Of a DNA stretch of 64,000 bases, positions 1 through 11,480 are shown in pieces; positions within the stretch are counted from its first letter, which is position 1; each line of letters starts with the position of its first letter. The notes below the pieces were generated by a model. The model was given only the letters and a program-made list of their open reading frames with translations, ran no database searches and had not been told where the DNA came from. The stretch covers positions 17,300,001-17,364,000 of the forward strand of contig NW_024704743.1 in the NCBI RefSeq assembly GCF_018977255.1. The letters run 5' to 3'. Source of the stretch: Callorhinchus milii (taxonomy: Eukaryota). The translations under genes were made by a program, and so were the position numbers.

Positions 1-2318
1 ACCCCTCCCACCACCACCACCTCACCCCTCCCACCACCACCTCACCCTCTCCCTCACCACCACCTCACCCCCTCCCTCACCACCACCTCACCCCCTCCCT
101 CACCACCACCACCACCTCACCCACCCCCTCCCTCACCACCACCACCCCACCCTCTCCCTCACCACCACCACCTCACCCCCTCCCTCACCACCACCACCAC
201 CTCACCCACCCCCTCCCTCACCACCACCACCCACCCTCTCCTCACCACCACCACCTCACCCTCTCCCTCACCACCACCACCTCATCCCCTCCCTCACCAC
301 CTCACCCCTCCCACCACCACCACCTCACCCCCTCCCTCACCACCTCACCCCCCCTCCCTCACCACCACCACCACCTCACCCCCTCCCACCACCACCTCAC
401 CTCACCCTCTCCTCACCACCACCACCTCACCCCCTCCCACCACCACCTCACCTCACCCTCTCCCTCACCACCACCACCTCACCCCCTCCCACCACCACCT
501 CACCCTCTCCCTCACCACCACCACCTCACCCCTCCCACCACCACCTCACCCTCACCCTCACCACCACCTAACCCCCTCCCACCACCACCTCACCTCACCC
601 TCACCACCTCACCCTCTCCCTCACCACCACCACCTCAGCCCCTCACCACCACCACCACCTCAGCCCCTCACCACCACCACCACCTCAGCCCCTCACCACC
701 ACCACCACCTCACCCCCTCACCACCACCTCACCCCCTCCCACCACCACCTCACCCTCTCCATCACCAGCACCTCACCCCCTCCCACCACCACCTCACCCC
801 CTCCCACCACCACCTCACCCCCTCCCTCACCACCACCACCTCACCCCTTCCCTCACCACCACCACCACCTCACCCTCTCCCTCACCACCACCACTCACCC
901 CCTCCCTCACCACCACCACCTCACCCCCTCCCTCACCACCACCACCACCTCACCCCTCCCTCACCACCACCACCACCTCACCCTCTCCCTCACCACCACC
1001 ACCTCACCCCCTCCCACCACCACCTCACCCCTCCCTCACCACCACCACCTCACCCCCTCCCACCACCACCTCACCCCTCCCTCACCACCACCACCTCACC
1101 CCCTCCCTCACCACCACCACCACCTCACCCCCTCCCTCACCACCACCACCACCTCACCCCCTCCCTCACCACCACCTCACCCCTCCCTCACCACCACCTC
1201 ACCCCCTCCCTCACCACCACCTCACCCCCTCCCTCACCACCACCACCTCACCCCCTCCCTCACCACTACCACCACCTCACCCTCTCCCTCACCACCACCA
1301 CCACCTCACCCACCCCCTCACCACCACCACCACCTCACCCCTCCCTCACCACTACCACCACCTCACCCTCTCCCTCACCACCACCACCACCTCACCCTCT
1401 CCCTCACCACCACCACCACCTCACCCCCTCACCACCACCACCACCTCACCCCCTCCCTCACCACCACCTCACCCCCTCCCACCACCACCACCACCACCTC
1501 ACCCTCTCCCTCACCACCACCACCTCACCCCTCCCTCACCACCTCACCCCCTCCCACCACCACCTCACCCACCCCTCCCTCACCCCTCCCTCACCACCAC
1601 CTCACCCCCTCCCACCACCACCTCACCCCCTCCCTCACCACCTCACCCCCTCCCACCACCACCTCACCCCCTCCCTCATCACCACCACCACCTCACCCCC
1701 TCCCTCACCCCTCCCTCACCACCACCTCACCCCTCCCTCACCACCTCACCCTCTCCCTCACCACCACCACCACCTCACCCACCCCTCCCTCACCCCTCCC
1801 TCACCACCTCACCCACACCCTCACCACCTCACCCTCTCCCACCACCACCACCTCACCCCCTCCCACCACCACCTCACCCCCTCCCTCACCACCACCTCAC
1901 CCTCTCCCTCACCACCACCTCACCCCTCCCACCACCACCACCTCACCCCCTCCCTCACCACCAACCTCACCACCTCCCTCACCACCTCACCACCTCCCTC
2001 ACCACCTCACCCCTCCACCACCACCTCACCCACCCCTCCCACCACCCACCTCACCCCACCACCACCTCACCCACCCCTCACCACCACCACCTCACCCCCT
2101 CCCTCACCACCACCACCACCTCACCCCTCCCTCACCACCACCACCACCTCACCCTCCCCACCCCTCCCTCACCACCACCACCACCTCACCCACACCCTCT
2201 CCCTCACCACCACCACCACCTCACCTCACCCTCTCCCTCACCACCACCACCTCACCCCCTCCCACCACCACCTCACCTCACCCTCACCACCACCACCTCA
2301 CCCCTCCCCTCCCCCCCT
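1..2318. repeat. C-rich degenerate tandem repeat of (CAC)n/CCCT/CTCAC units; G-rich on the - strand
   Basis: Over 2.3 kb of CCTCACCACCACC/CTCCCTCAC permutations with almost no G on the + strand; runs off the window start. Confidence 0.97.
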
Positions 2319-2487
2319 CGCGAGGCTGTGGCAATGCAAAGCGCCCGTTTAACCGAACGAACGCGACAGCCGAGAATCACCGCCACTGCGATCGGCCGCG
2401 GGTTTAATGGTTGTGCAGTTGAGGGAGTGAGTGAGTGAGGGAGTGAGGAGGGACTGACCTGGGACTGACTTCACTGCCGCTCCTCAC

Positions 2488-2555
2488 CTGCCTCACTCCG
2501 GGCTCTTTCCAGCCTCAGGTCTCCAGCACATGCGCGTCCCAGACTCCAGGCAGAG
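2488..2555 (-). other. Candidate first (probably non-coding) exon of a leftward-transcribed gene
   Basis: Strong donor CAG|GTGAGG on the - strand (intron starts at 2487); CpG-rich unique sequence at 2318-2550; NRF1-like GCACATGCGC at ~2526. TMEM243 lies on this side of CROT in other vertebrates, but no TMEM243 coding sequence is seen. Confidence 0.3.
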
Positions 2556-3375
2556 AGAGAGAGGGAGGGAGGGAGTGAGGGGGGAATGAGGGAGAGGGAG
2601 GGAGGGAGGGAGTGAGGAGGGAATGAGGGAGAGGGAGAGGGAGGGAGTGAGACGGAGGGAATGAGGGAGAGGGAGGGAGAGGGAGTGAGTGAGAGAGAGG
2701 GAGTGAGTGAGAGAGAGGGAAGGAGAGTGAGGGAGGGAGAGTGAGTGGGAGGGAGGGAGGGAGAGTGAGTGAGTGGGAGGGAGGGAGTGAGGGGGAGTGA
2801 GTGAGAGGGAGAGGGAGGGAGAGTGAGTGAGTGGGAGGGAGAGGGAGGGAGAGTGAGTGAGTGGGAGTGGGAGGGAAGGAGGGAGAGTGAGTGAGTGAGG
2901 GAGGGAGGGAGGGAGGGAGTGAGAGAGAGAGGGAGGGAGAGTGAGGGAGGGAGAGTGAGTGAGAGGGAGCGAGGGAGTGGAGGGAGTGAGTGAGTGGGAG
3001 GGAGGGAGAGTGAGTGAGTTGGAGTGAGGGAGAGGGAGGGAGTGAGAGTGAGTGGGAGGGAGGGAGTGGGAGTGAGTGAGTGAGAGGGAGTGGGAGGGAG
3101 GGAGGGAGAGTGAGTGAGTGAGAGGGAGGGAGTGAGTGAGAGGGAGTGAGAGTGAGTGGGAGGGAGGGTGAGTGAGAGGGAGCGAGGGAGTGGGAGGGAG
3201 TGAGTGAGTGGGAGGGAGGGAGAGGGAGTGAGAGGGAGTGGGAGGGAGGGAGGGAGAGTGAGGGAATGAGTGAGTGAGAGGGAGGGAGGGTGGGTGAGTG
3301 AGTGAGTGAGTGTGAGTGAGGGAGAGTGAGTGAGTGAGTGAGTGAGCGTGAGGGAGGGAGGGAGGGAGTGGGGGG
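2551..3375. repeat. Purine-rich (GGGA/GAGT)n low-complexity tract
   Basis: GGGAGGGA and GAGTGAGT permutations over ~820 bp. Confidence 0.95.
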
Positions 3376-3861
3376 TGAGAAGGTGTTGGGCTTCTCTGTG
3401 CATTGGGAGGAGCAGTGATTTAGGGAATTGATTTGCAAAAAAAAAAACCCCACACACAGGGAGAGAAAGCAATCACACACAACGATCAGATTTATTGATG
3501 GATGGCCCAAAGCCAGGAGGAGAACACATTTTTTTTTTTTTGCGGGTTGGGAGGGGTTGGCGGTTGTTATTAGGGGTTAAAAAAAAATACCCCAAACTTA
3601 AAAGAGGGTGTCTGGTTTTGCGTGACGCGGTTCAGGCTGTTAAGAATTGATTTAAGGTCACATTTCACCCGCTCCGAAGGTTGCCCCGTGCAATGCTGAA
3701 CGAGGCGATTCCACAACCGAGTCATTGCACTTGGAAACGGTTTGAAAACAACCAGCGCCAGGAAGTGCTCCTGTAAAATAAACCGCTCCTCCTAAACGCG
3801 AACTTTTCCAAAGTTCAGCTCTTGGCGAGGGAAGGATCAGGTCTGGATTCAAGATGATGAT

Positions 3862-4060
3862 GATGATAATAATATTCCTTGCATTTGATATAGCGGCCGA
3901 TCACCTCTTCGAGACCTCTCAGAGCGCTCCGCTGAATGTACCGTAAAGTGAATTGGCTGTGTAGTTTGTGGGCGAAACACGGCAGCCGGTAGCGCACAGC
4001 AGTGTCCCACAAACAGTCGTGGATTGAGTGACCGAGTTATTGTGATGATTTTTTTTTGAA
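3862..4060 (-). mobile_element. tRNA-derived Deu-type SINE, 3' half
   Basis: Reverse complement of the SINE core (TGTGGGACACTGCTGTGCGC) and tail (TATATCAAATGCAAGG...ATT). Confidence 0.85.
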
Positions 4061-4071
4061 AGAACCACTGC

Positions 4072-4425
4072 AGGTCAGTGGTTAGAGCACTCGCCTCGCA
4101 AGTGAGAGACCTGGTTCGGGTCCCGGCAGGGTGAAACATTGGGCAAGTTTCCTTACTCCACACACCTCTGTTTACCTAGCAGTAAATAGGAACTCAGTTA
4201 TTAGTCAATTGGTGGATCGCTTTTCCGGGGTAATAATTCCTTCAAAAAAAAATTATAAATTGGTCACTCAATCCACGACTGTTTGAGGGACACTGCCGTG
4301 TGCAATTGGCTGCTGCGTTTTGCCCACAAAATATACAGTCAATTCACTTTGCAGTATATTCTGTGAAGCGCTTTGAGAGGGCTAGAAGATGTGATAAGGC
4401 GCTGTGTCAAATGAAAGGATTATTG
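4072..4425 (+). mobile_element. tRNA-derived Deu-type SINE, long (older) form
   Basis: A-box-like CAGTGGTTAGAGC, GGTTCG B-box remnant, internal CTCTGTTTACCTAGCAGTAA segment, core and GCGCT..AAATG.AAGGATTATT tail. Confidence 0.9.
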
Positions 4426-4789
4426 TAATGGAATGCATGGATACCTAGTTGGAATATTCGCGTTCACATTGTATTTGGATGTGCTGAAATAAATAATAAT
4501 AATTATATTCACATTTGATAGAGCACCCTTCCGAACCCCAGTTCGGGTGCAAACCCTCGACAAAGCGCTCTGGAACGCTGCCCTGCATGAGGGCACTAAA
4601 TAAATGCAAGTTGTTGTTTTTGTTTCATGTTAGGAGGACGTTTCAAAGTGCTTCGCAATATATGCTGTAAGGTAGAGTGATTGTGTATTTTCTGACGTGA
4701 CGTGATAAGGTGCTATATCAAATGCAAGGATTATTATTATCACACCATTGAGACATCTCAAAGCTATATTAAAAAAAAAGACTCAAAGG

Positions 4790-5030
4790 CTTGTAGGGTT
4801 AATGGGAGTTGAGCGGGAAGAGTTCCTGTCCCCCAGTGACTAGTCTACCCTTCCAAGTCCTGCCATTGAGCTGGGCTAGCTGTGCTATCATCAGCAGTGC
4901 CCTGGAGTTCTGCAGACCCACCTTAAAAAATACTCTCAGAATTGTGTACACTGGCAAGCATGTGACCTTGGAGCCAGTTCAGTTCCAAGGAGACCCCACT
5001 TATCTCCTCCCCATAAAGGAGGATCATCAT
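4790..5030 (-). repeat. Copy of unclassified hairpin-rich repeat (family X), 5' part
   Basis: Reverse complement matches 28280-28520 (CCTTGGA..GGCTCCAAGG, CCCAGGGCACTGCTGATGA, GAAGGGTAGAC..CACTGGGGG). Confidence 0.8.
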
Positions 5031-5034
5031 TAGT

Positions 5035-5350
5035 TTGTCATTTGACATCTGACAAGCGTTGGTTTGTGCCTTTTCTAAGTGGATAATAGGTACCAGGATC
5101 TCCCTGCGAGCTTTCTGGTGGGTCAAACAGGTCAGCATGAAGTCAATGAGAGCATTGCTACTGTCTTCCTGCCCACAGCTCTGGCACGCATCCCTTCCCA
5201 TTGAGCGATGGTTCCACCAGTTGTAGGTGTGGAGTCTAAGCAGCAGCTCCTTACCTCTCTGCAGACCAATAAAGGTGGATTCCAGAAATTGGATGTACAA
5301 ACATGTGTTCACAAACTCGAACTCCAGGAAACACTTGCCTGCAGCTGTCA
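5035..5350 (-). mobile_element. Probable decayed 3' end of a LINE ORF2 (C-terminal Cys-knuckle-like region)
   Basis: - strand frame reads CQSCGQEDSSNALIDFMLTC..R, resembling the CxxC..HxxxxC end of LINE ORF2 (His lost); its terminal motif recurs at 5565 and 6100. Confidence 0.4.
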
Positions 5351-6234
5351 CCCCAAGCCTCAGAGTTTCCTTATGAGCTATCTGCCTTCAGCGTGGTTGG
5401 AGTGCCTTTACAGGATAGCTTGCATTACAGCACAATACATTGCCAGCCACCTTGATGTTCTCAAGTCCAAAGATGTGCACCATTGGACTTGCACCTCGAT
5501 GCCCATTATGAACCTTACAGGAAGTTCCTGATACCTACTATGCATCCAGTGAGGGCTCAAACCTATGCTTGTCAGATGTCAAATGCAAGCAAAGAGTAGG
5601 AAGGGAGAAGATTACAGAAATAGGCCTTAAAGGGATTTCTGGATGAGTTTGAGGTCTTTGAGATTAATCCATTGGGAGTCAGGGAGCCAGTAGAGCCTGG
5701 CGAGTGGGCATGTGGAGATGGGTGCACATGAGAATTAAGGTGGTAGAGTTTTCAATGAGCTGGAGATTGTGGATGGTAGAATAGGGAGACCTATATATAT
5801 CTTCAAATATTTGTTCAATTCACTAGTAAAAGCTATTATGAATTTGGTTTCAACCGCAGTTTTTGACAAGAAATTCCATGATGTAATATGACCTAAAAAC
5901 TCTTTTAACCCTTTTTCGATGATTATAACCTCCAGTTACTAACTTACTAACCAGTAGAAATAATTTCTTCATAGTTGCCTTAAAAAACACTCTCATAATT
6001 GTGTACACTTCTATGAAGTCTTCTCTCAACCCTCTCTGTTCTAATAAAAACTGGCCCAGTTTCTTTCATCTCCCATCATATGGAAAACTCATTATCCCTA
6101 TGCTTGTCAGATGTCAAATGCAAGCAAAGAGTATCATCCTACAAAACTCCTTGTACCTTTCCCAGTAATTCAAGGCATTGTTGACGATTGACCAAACTGT
6201 CTGGCTCATCAATGAGATTTGATTGTGTAGAATT

Positions 6235-6400
6235 TTTTTGGTCAGCGGGGTGTCTGTGGAAGTCCATCACCATGCTTAACAGTATCCACACCAAACTGAG
6301 AGTTCCATGCATCCCACCTACACACAGAAGTTCCTATGTATTGTGTGGAAAGGTCCTCAAGCCAAATACTTTGTGGATTGAGAGATCTCAGTTGGAGAAG
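6235..6400 (-). repeat. Copy of family X, 3' part
   Basis: CCATCACCATGCTTAA..TATCCA.ACCAAACTGAGAGTTCCATGCATCCCACCTACAC is the reverse complement of the 3' segment at 28760-28830. Confidence 0.75.
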
Positions 6401-6549
6401 TATAATGAAACTTACCAATGATTTGTACTCGTAATATAATACATTAAAATATACATTTTACATTTTAGTGCTTTTCATGTTGGGAAGACACCACAAAGAA
6501 CTACGGTATATGGTTACTAGTACTGAATGTATTTGCGTTCAATGATATA

Positions 6550-7232
6550 TTTGTTGATCGTGGTCGAAGAGGAGGATCTTGAGACGTTTCTTGAAGGAGG
6601 CAAGGGGGGATCGAGATGAAGGATGTGGGATGGAGTTCCAAAGGGTAGGGTCAGAGAGGCTGAAGGCCCGACTGCCGATGGTGGGCTGGGATGGGCGGGG
6701 GACGTGGAGTAGGCCACAGACTGCTGAGTGGAGGGAGCGGAGAGGTTGATATGAGGTAGCAGGTCACAGAGGTAGGAAGGGCAAGTCTTTAGAAGGCCTT
6801 GAAGGTGAGCATGAGGATTTTGAACTTTATTCTCTGGGTGATAGAGAGTCAGTGGAGCCGGGCGAGGGTGGGAGTGATGGGGTCATGGAGCCTGGACACG
6901 AGCTGCAGAGTTCTGGATGATCTGAAGCTTATGGAGGGAAGAGTTGGGAAGACCGACAAGCAGGGAGTTGGCGTAGTCGAGCCTAGATTGGTGAACATGA
7001 GAATGAGGGATTCAGCAGCCTGAGGGGTGAGGCAGTGGCAAAGCCAGGCAATGTTGCAGATGGGGGGGAAAGCAGAGCGGGTCATGGCGTGGGGTAGAAA
7101 GGACAGTTGAGAGTCAAACAAGATGCCAATGTTCCAGACTGGCTCAGTGAGGTGGAGTGTGCATCCGTGGATGGTGATGCTGCCAGTAACTGAGATGCGG
7201 AGGGGCTGATGGGAACCAATCAGGAAGGCCTC
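6550..7232 (-). mobile_element. L2-clade LINE 3' fragment
   Basis: Translated remnants FDSQLSFLPH..., ITPTLARLH; matches other L2 copies in the window. Confidence 0.85.
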
Positions 7233-7237
7233 GGACT

Positions 7238-8850
7238 TAGAATCATAGAATTATACAGCACAGAAGGAGGCCATTCGGCCCATCGTGTCTATGCCGGCTC
7301 TTTGAAAAGAGTTATCCAAATCAATCCCACTCCCCTGCGCTCTCCCCATAGCCCTGCAAACTTGTCCTCCTCAAATAATGATCTACTTCTCTCTTAAAAC
7401 TTGTTATCAAATCGGCTTCCACCATCCTTTCTGGCAATGCATTCCAGATCCGAACAACTCGCTGTGTGAAAAAAATTCTCCTCACCTGCCCTCTGTTTCT
7501 TTTAACAACTATTTTAAATTGGTGTCCTCGGGTTACCAACCCACCCACCAGTGGAAATAGTTCCTCCTTGTTCACTCTATCGAATCCCCGCATAATTTTG
7601 AAAACTTCTATTGAGCTTCCTCTTAACCTTCTCTTTTCCAAGGAGAATAATCCTAGCTTCTCTAGTCTCTCCTGATAACTGAAGTCCCTCATTCCTGGTA
7701 CCATCCTGGTAAATCTCCTTTGCACCCTCTCCAATGCCTTGACATCCTCCTAAAGTGTAGTGCCCAGAACTGAACACAGTCTCAAGCTGAGGCCTAACCA
7801 GTGTTTTATAAAGGTTCATCGTAACTTCATAACTTCCTGGCTTTTGTATTCTATGCCCCTGTTTATAAAGCTTAGTATCCCGTATGCTTTTTAACAGCTT
7901 TATCTATCTGTCCTGCCATCTTCAAAGATTTACTTATATGACCCCCAGATCTCTCTGTTCCTTCACCCCCTTTAAGATTGTACCATCAGCTTATTTTGCC
8001 TCTCCTCATTCTTCCTCCAAAATGCATCACTTTGCATTTCTCCACATTAAACTTCATCTGCCACCTGTCTGCCCATTTTACCAGTCTGTCTATGTCCATT
8101 TACAGTCTGATACCATCCTCCTCACTGTTTTCTACTTTTCCTAGCTTAGAATCATCTGGAGACTTGGAAATTATACTCACGTTACCGAAGTTCAGGTCAT
8201 TTATATAGATCAAAAACAGCAGCGGTCCCAATTCCGACCCCTGGGGGACATCACTGCACACTTCCCTCCAATCAGAAAAACAACTGTTCACCACCACTCT
8301 CTGCTTTCTGTCTCCCAGCCAGTTCGGTATCCATGCTGCCACTGTCCCTTTAATACTGTGGGCTACTATTTTGCTTAGAAGTCTCTTTATGTGGCACTTT
8401 ACCAAATGCCTTTTGAAAATCCCTGTAAACTACATCAACTGCACTACCTTCATCCACCCTCTCCGTTACTTCATCAAAAAACTCTTATCAGGTTTGTTAG
8501 ACACGATTTGTCTTTAACAAATCTGTGTTTGCTGTCCTTTATTAATGCATATTTTTCGAAGTGAAAGTTTATTTTGTTCTGGATTATAGTCTGTAGAAGT
8601 TTCCCCACTACTGACGTTAGGCTGACTGGCCTGTAGTTCTTGGGTTTATTCGCCCACAAATATACAGTCAATTCACTTTACAGTCTATTCTGTGAAGCGC
8701 TTTGAGATGTCGAGAAGACGTGAAAAGTGCTATATCAAATGCAAGGATTATTATTATTATTATTATCCTTCTGCCCCTTTTTGTACCGAGTAACATTTGA
8801 AACCCTCCAGTCCTCTGGCACCACCCCGGTGTCCAAGGAGGATTGAAAGA
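7238..8850 (-). mobile_element. CR1-clade LINE, 5'-truncated, frameshifted RT
   Basis: [71 protein letters not shown]-type 3' tail; interrupted by a SINE fragment at ~8648-8766. Confidence 0.93.
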
Positions 8851-9630
8851 TCGTGGCTGTTTGTAGGCTATCGCTGTGTGCAATTGGCTGCTGCGTTTCT
8901 CCCACGAAATATAACCGACAGTTCAATTTACCGTAGAGTCTTAATAAAGCGCTTTGAGACGTCTCAGCGACGTGATAAGGACGCTGTGTCGAATGCGAAT
9001 GCGAGGATTCCCTCCCCGCCCCTCGCGCAAGCAATAGCATCTTCGCGCGCTTGACAAGCGGTGGAGCCTGATCCCGAGCCAGGGGGTGGTGGTGGTGGTG
9101 GTGGGGGCTAAAATGGGGAGGGGGTAAGCATGAATATTATTAGAATTGATTATTGCAAATGACTTGCTTCACTGCCACCTCCAGGCTGCAACTTATTTCC
9201 GGCCACGGGCAGGGGTGGGCATTGCATTGCATTGGCTTGTTATCGATTGCCAGGATTTGTTGTCCTGTGGTTGCAGTTCTGTAGCGCAGCCACACGATGT
9301 GTTCGGGCCATGGTGGGGGGGTGGGGGGAGAGGGTGGGGGGGGAACTGAACGACACCAACTGGGGGAAAGGGCACCAGAACTGGTGCGGAGCGCACAAGG
9401 CAGGAGAGACTGGGAAATCGCCGCCGCCGCCGCCGCAGGCTGCTTTCATTGCATTTTCATTTACTTTAAGAAACTACACATTCCCTGCACGGAACCAAAG
9501 GGAATTTGCAGCAATTAAAAAGGAAGAAAAGATTGGAGGCGAGGCAGGGAAGGCAAGAGGGAGGGAGGGAGGGAGGGAGCCACGCACAACAGGCGGAAGC
9601 CAAGGCAAGTGCTGACTGCTGAGCAAAGAG

Positions 9631-10103
9631 AGTGTGTGTGTGTGTGTGTGTGTGTCTGTCTGTGTGTGTGTGTGTGTGTCTGTGTGTGTGTGTCTGTGTG
9701 TGGTGTGTCTGTCTCTGTGTGTGTGTGTGTGTAGTGTGTGTGTCTGTGTGTATCTGTGTATATGTGTGGTATGTGTCTGTCTGTGTGTGGTGTGTGTCTG
9801 TGTATGTGTGTGGTATGTGTCTGTGTGTGTGTGGTGTGTGTCTGTGTATGTGTGTGTGTGTGTCTGTGTGTGTGTGTTTGTCTGTCTGTCTGTGTGTTTG
9901 TGTGTGTGTCTGTGTATGTGTGTGGTATGTGTGTGTGGTGTGTGTATGTGTGTGGTGTGTGTGTGTGTATGTGGTATGTGTCTGTGTGTGTGTATGGTGT
10001 GTGTCTGTCTGTCTGTGTGTGGTGTGTGTCTGTGTGTGGTGTGTGTGTATGTATGTGGTGTGTGTGTGTGTGTGTATGTGGTGTGTGTCTGTCTGTGTGT
10101 GTG
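9631..10103. repeat. Imperfect (TG)n microsatellite
   Basis: ~470 bp of TG with TC/GG/TA interruptions. Confidence 0.98.
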
Positions 10104-10364
10104 TTGCTGCTGCTGTTGGTTGACCTTCCTCTCTGTAATGCATGTTTCCTGGGAGATACTGACCGTGGGAACAGCGCCGGGGATCACATTGTATTGTATA
10201 TTGCGTTGTAACTAACTCAGCAGTGAGCTCTTGCTTCAAAAACCCATTCCTGCTCCTGATCCCAAACCTAGTCTCACATTGCATGACCCGAAACGATCCC
10301 CACGTCACTCACACGAGGAAGTGGAAGGTACAAACGTGTACAAGTGCCTTTTGCAGAGGGAGTG

Positions 10365-10510
10365 TGTGCTGAAGACCTTTCTCTTCGACCGCGCCTTTGG
10401 TCACCTTGCTCCCCCTCCCCCCGGCTCGGCCCCGGGATCCGTTACTGTAAAGCGCCCTGAGATGCCGTCCGGCGTGGAGGGCACTATATAAATCCAAGTT
10501 GTTGTTGTTG
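10365..10510 (+). mobile_element. L2 LINE extreme 3' end with (GTT)n tail
   Basis: CTGAAGACCTTTCTCTTCGACC...GGCACTATATAAATCCAAGTTGTTGTTG, as at 36440-36581. Confidence 0.9.
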
Positions 10511-11156
10511 GGGTGTGCGTGTGTTTATGTGTCTTTTTTTTTTGCTCCACACGTGGAACACCCACTTGGCTTTGAACCCCTTTCTGGTGGTGGTGGTGGT
10601 GGGGGGGGGGCGGGGGGCGGGGGCAGTTAATCTCGTGTGTACGCTTTGTATGTCATGCACTACTTGTTTTGATCAAGTTTATTTATTCCCCCTCTCTCAG
10701 TTGCATGGGTTATCTCTGCCACTCTTTCAGTGAAACAGCAATTGTTTAATAAGTTGCCACCCCATTACTGTACCATCTTGTGACTTTCTCCCTTCCCCCA
10801 CCCACATCAACACTGTGTGAGTTCCCCAGAGCTTTGTTGAATCTCCAGCTTTGTTGCTTTACTACACGAGTGACATCCTCTATTCATCAAGCAATTCTAT
10901 CTTTCGCTGATGATTTTACATTTGCCAGCTTGCTTCAGATCGCATTTCCTCCATGAAGCCTTCACTGCTTTCAGTTCAATGGTTGGATCGATAGAAATCT
11001 TGATCGTCTGCGTGCCTTTTCGTGAGGAAGTGAATTACTTAGCATTTTTCCTAACAGCCGAATACCTCTTACCCTTGATGACTGTACTCTTAATCCTTTT
11101 ATCTATCATCATTCTTGGCCTCAGACACGATTCTCTCACTCCTCCATGACTAAAGC

Positions 11157-11480
11157 CTGTAGCTCAGTGGTTAGAGCACTCGCTTTGCAAGCGAGAAACC
11201 TGTGTTCAATTCCAGGCAGGACGAAACCTTGGGCAAGTTTCCTTACTCCACACAGAGCCTAATAATAATCTCTCCAAAACCAAAAACAATATTAAATTGA
11301 TCATTTTCATTCTACGACTGTTTATGGGACATTGCTGTGCGCAATTGGCTGCCGCGTTCGCCCACAAATATACAGTCAATTCACTTTACAGTGTGTTCTG
11401 TGAAGCGCTTTGGGACGTCCTCCCGACGTGAAAAGCGCTATATCAAATGCAAGGATTATTATTATTATTATTATTATTAT
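11157..11480 (+). mobile_element. tRNA-Ala-derived Deu-type SINE, short (young) form, with target-site duplication
   Basis: tRNA head, core GTGCGCAATTGGCTGCCGCGTT, (ATT)n tail; flanked by direct repeat TAAAGC (11151-11156 and 11481-11486). Confidence 0.95.

Noticed and set aside
1..2318. Telomeric or subtelomeric repeat
   Set aside because: Units are CAC/CCCTCA permutations, not (CCCTAA)n arrays.
2471..3510. 331-333 aa Ser/Leu/Pro/His-rich ORFs
   Set aside because: Stop-free by composition of the GA-rich tract; no domain content.
9466..10308. His/Thr- and Cys/Val-rich ORFs
   Set aside because: Translations of the TG microsatellite.
11157..11225. tRNA-Ala(TGC) gene (also ~20620, 56565, 57423)
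   Set aside because: Each is the head of a SINE continuing into core and (ATT)n tail.
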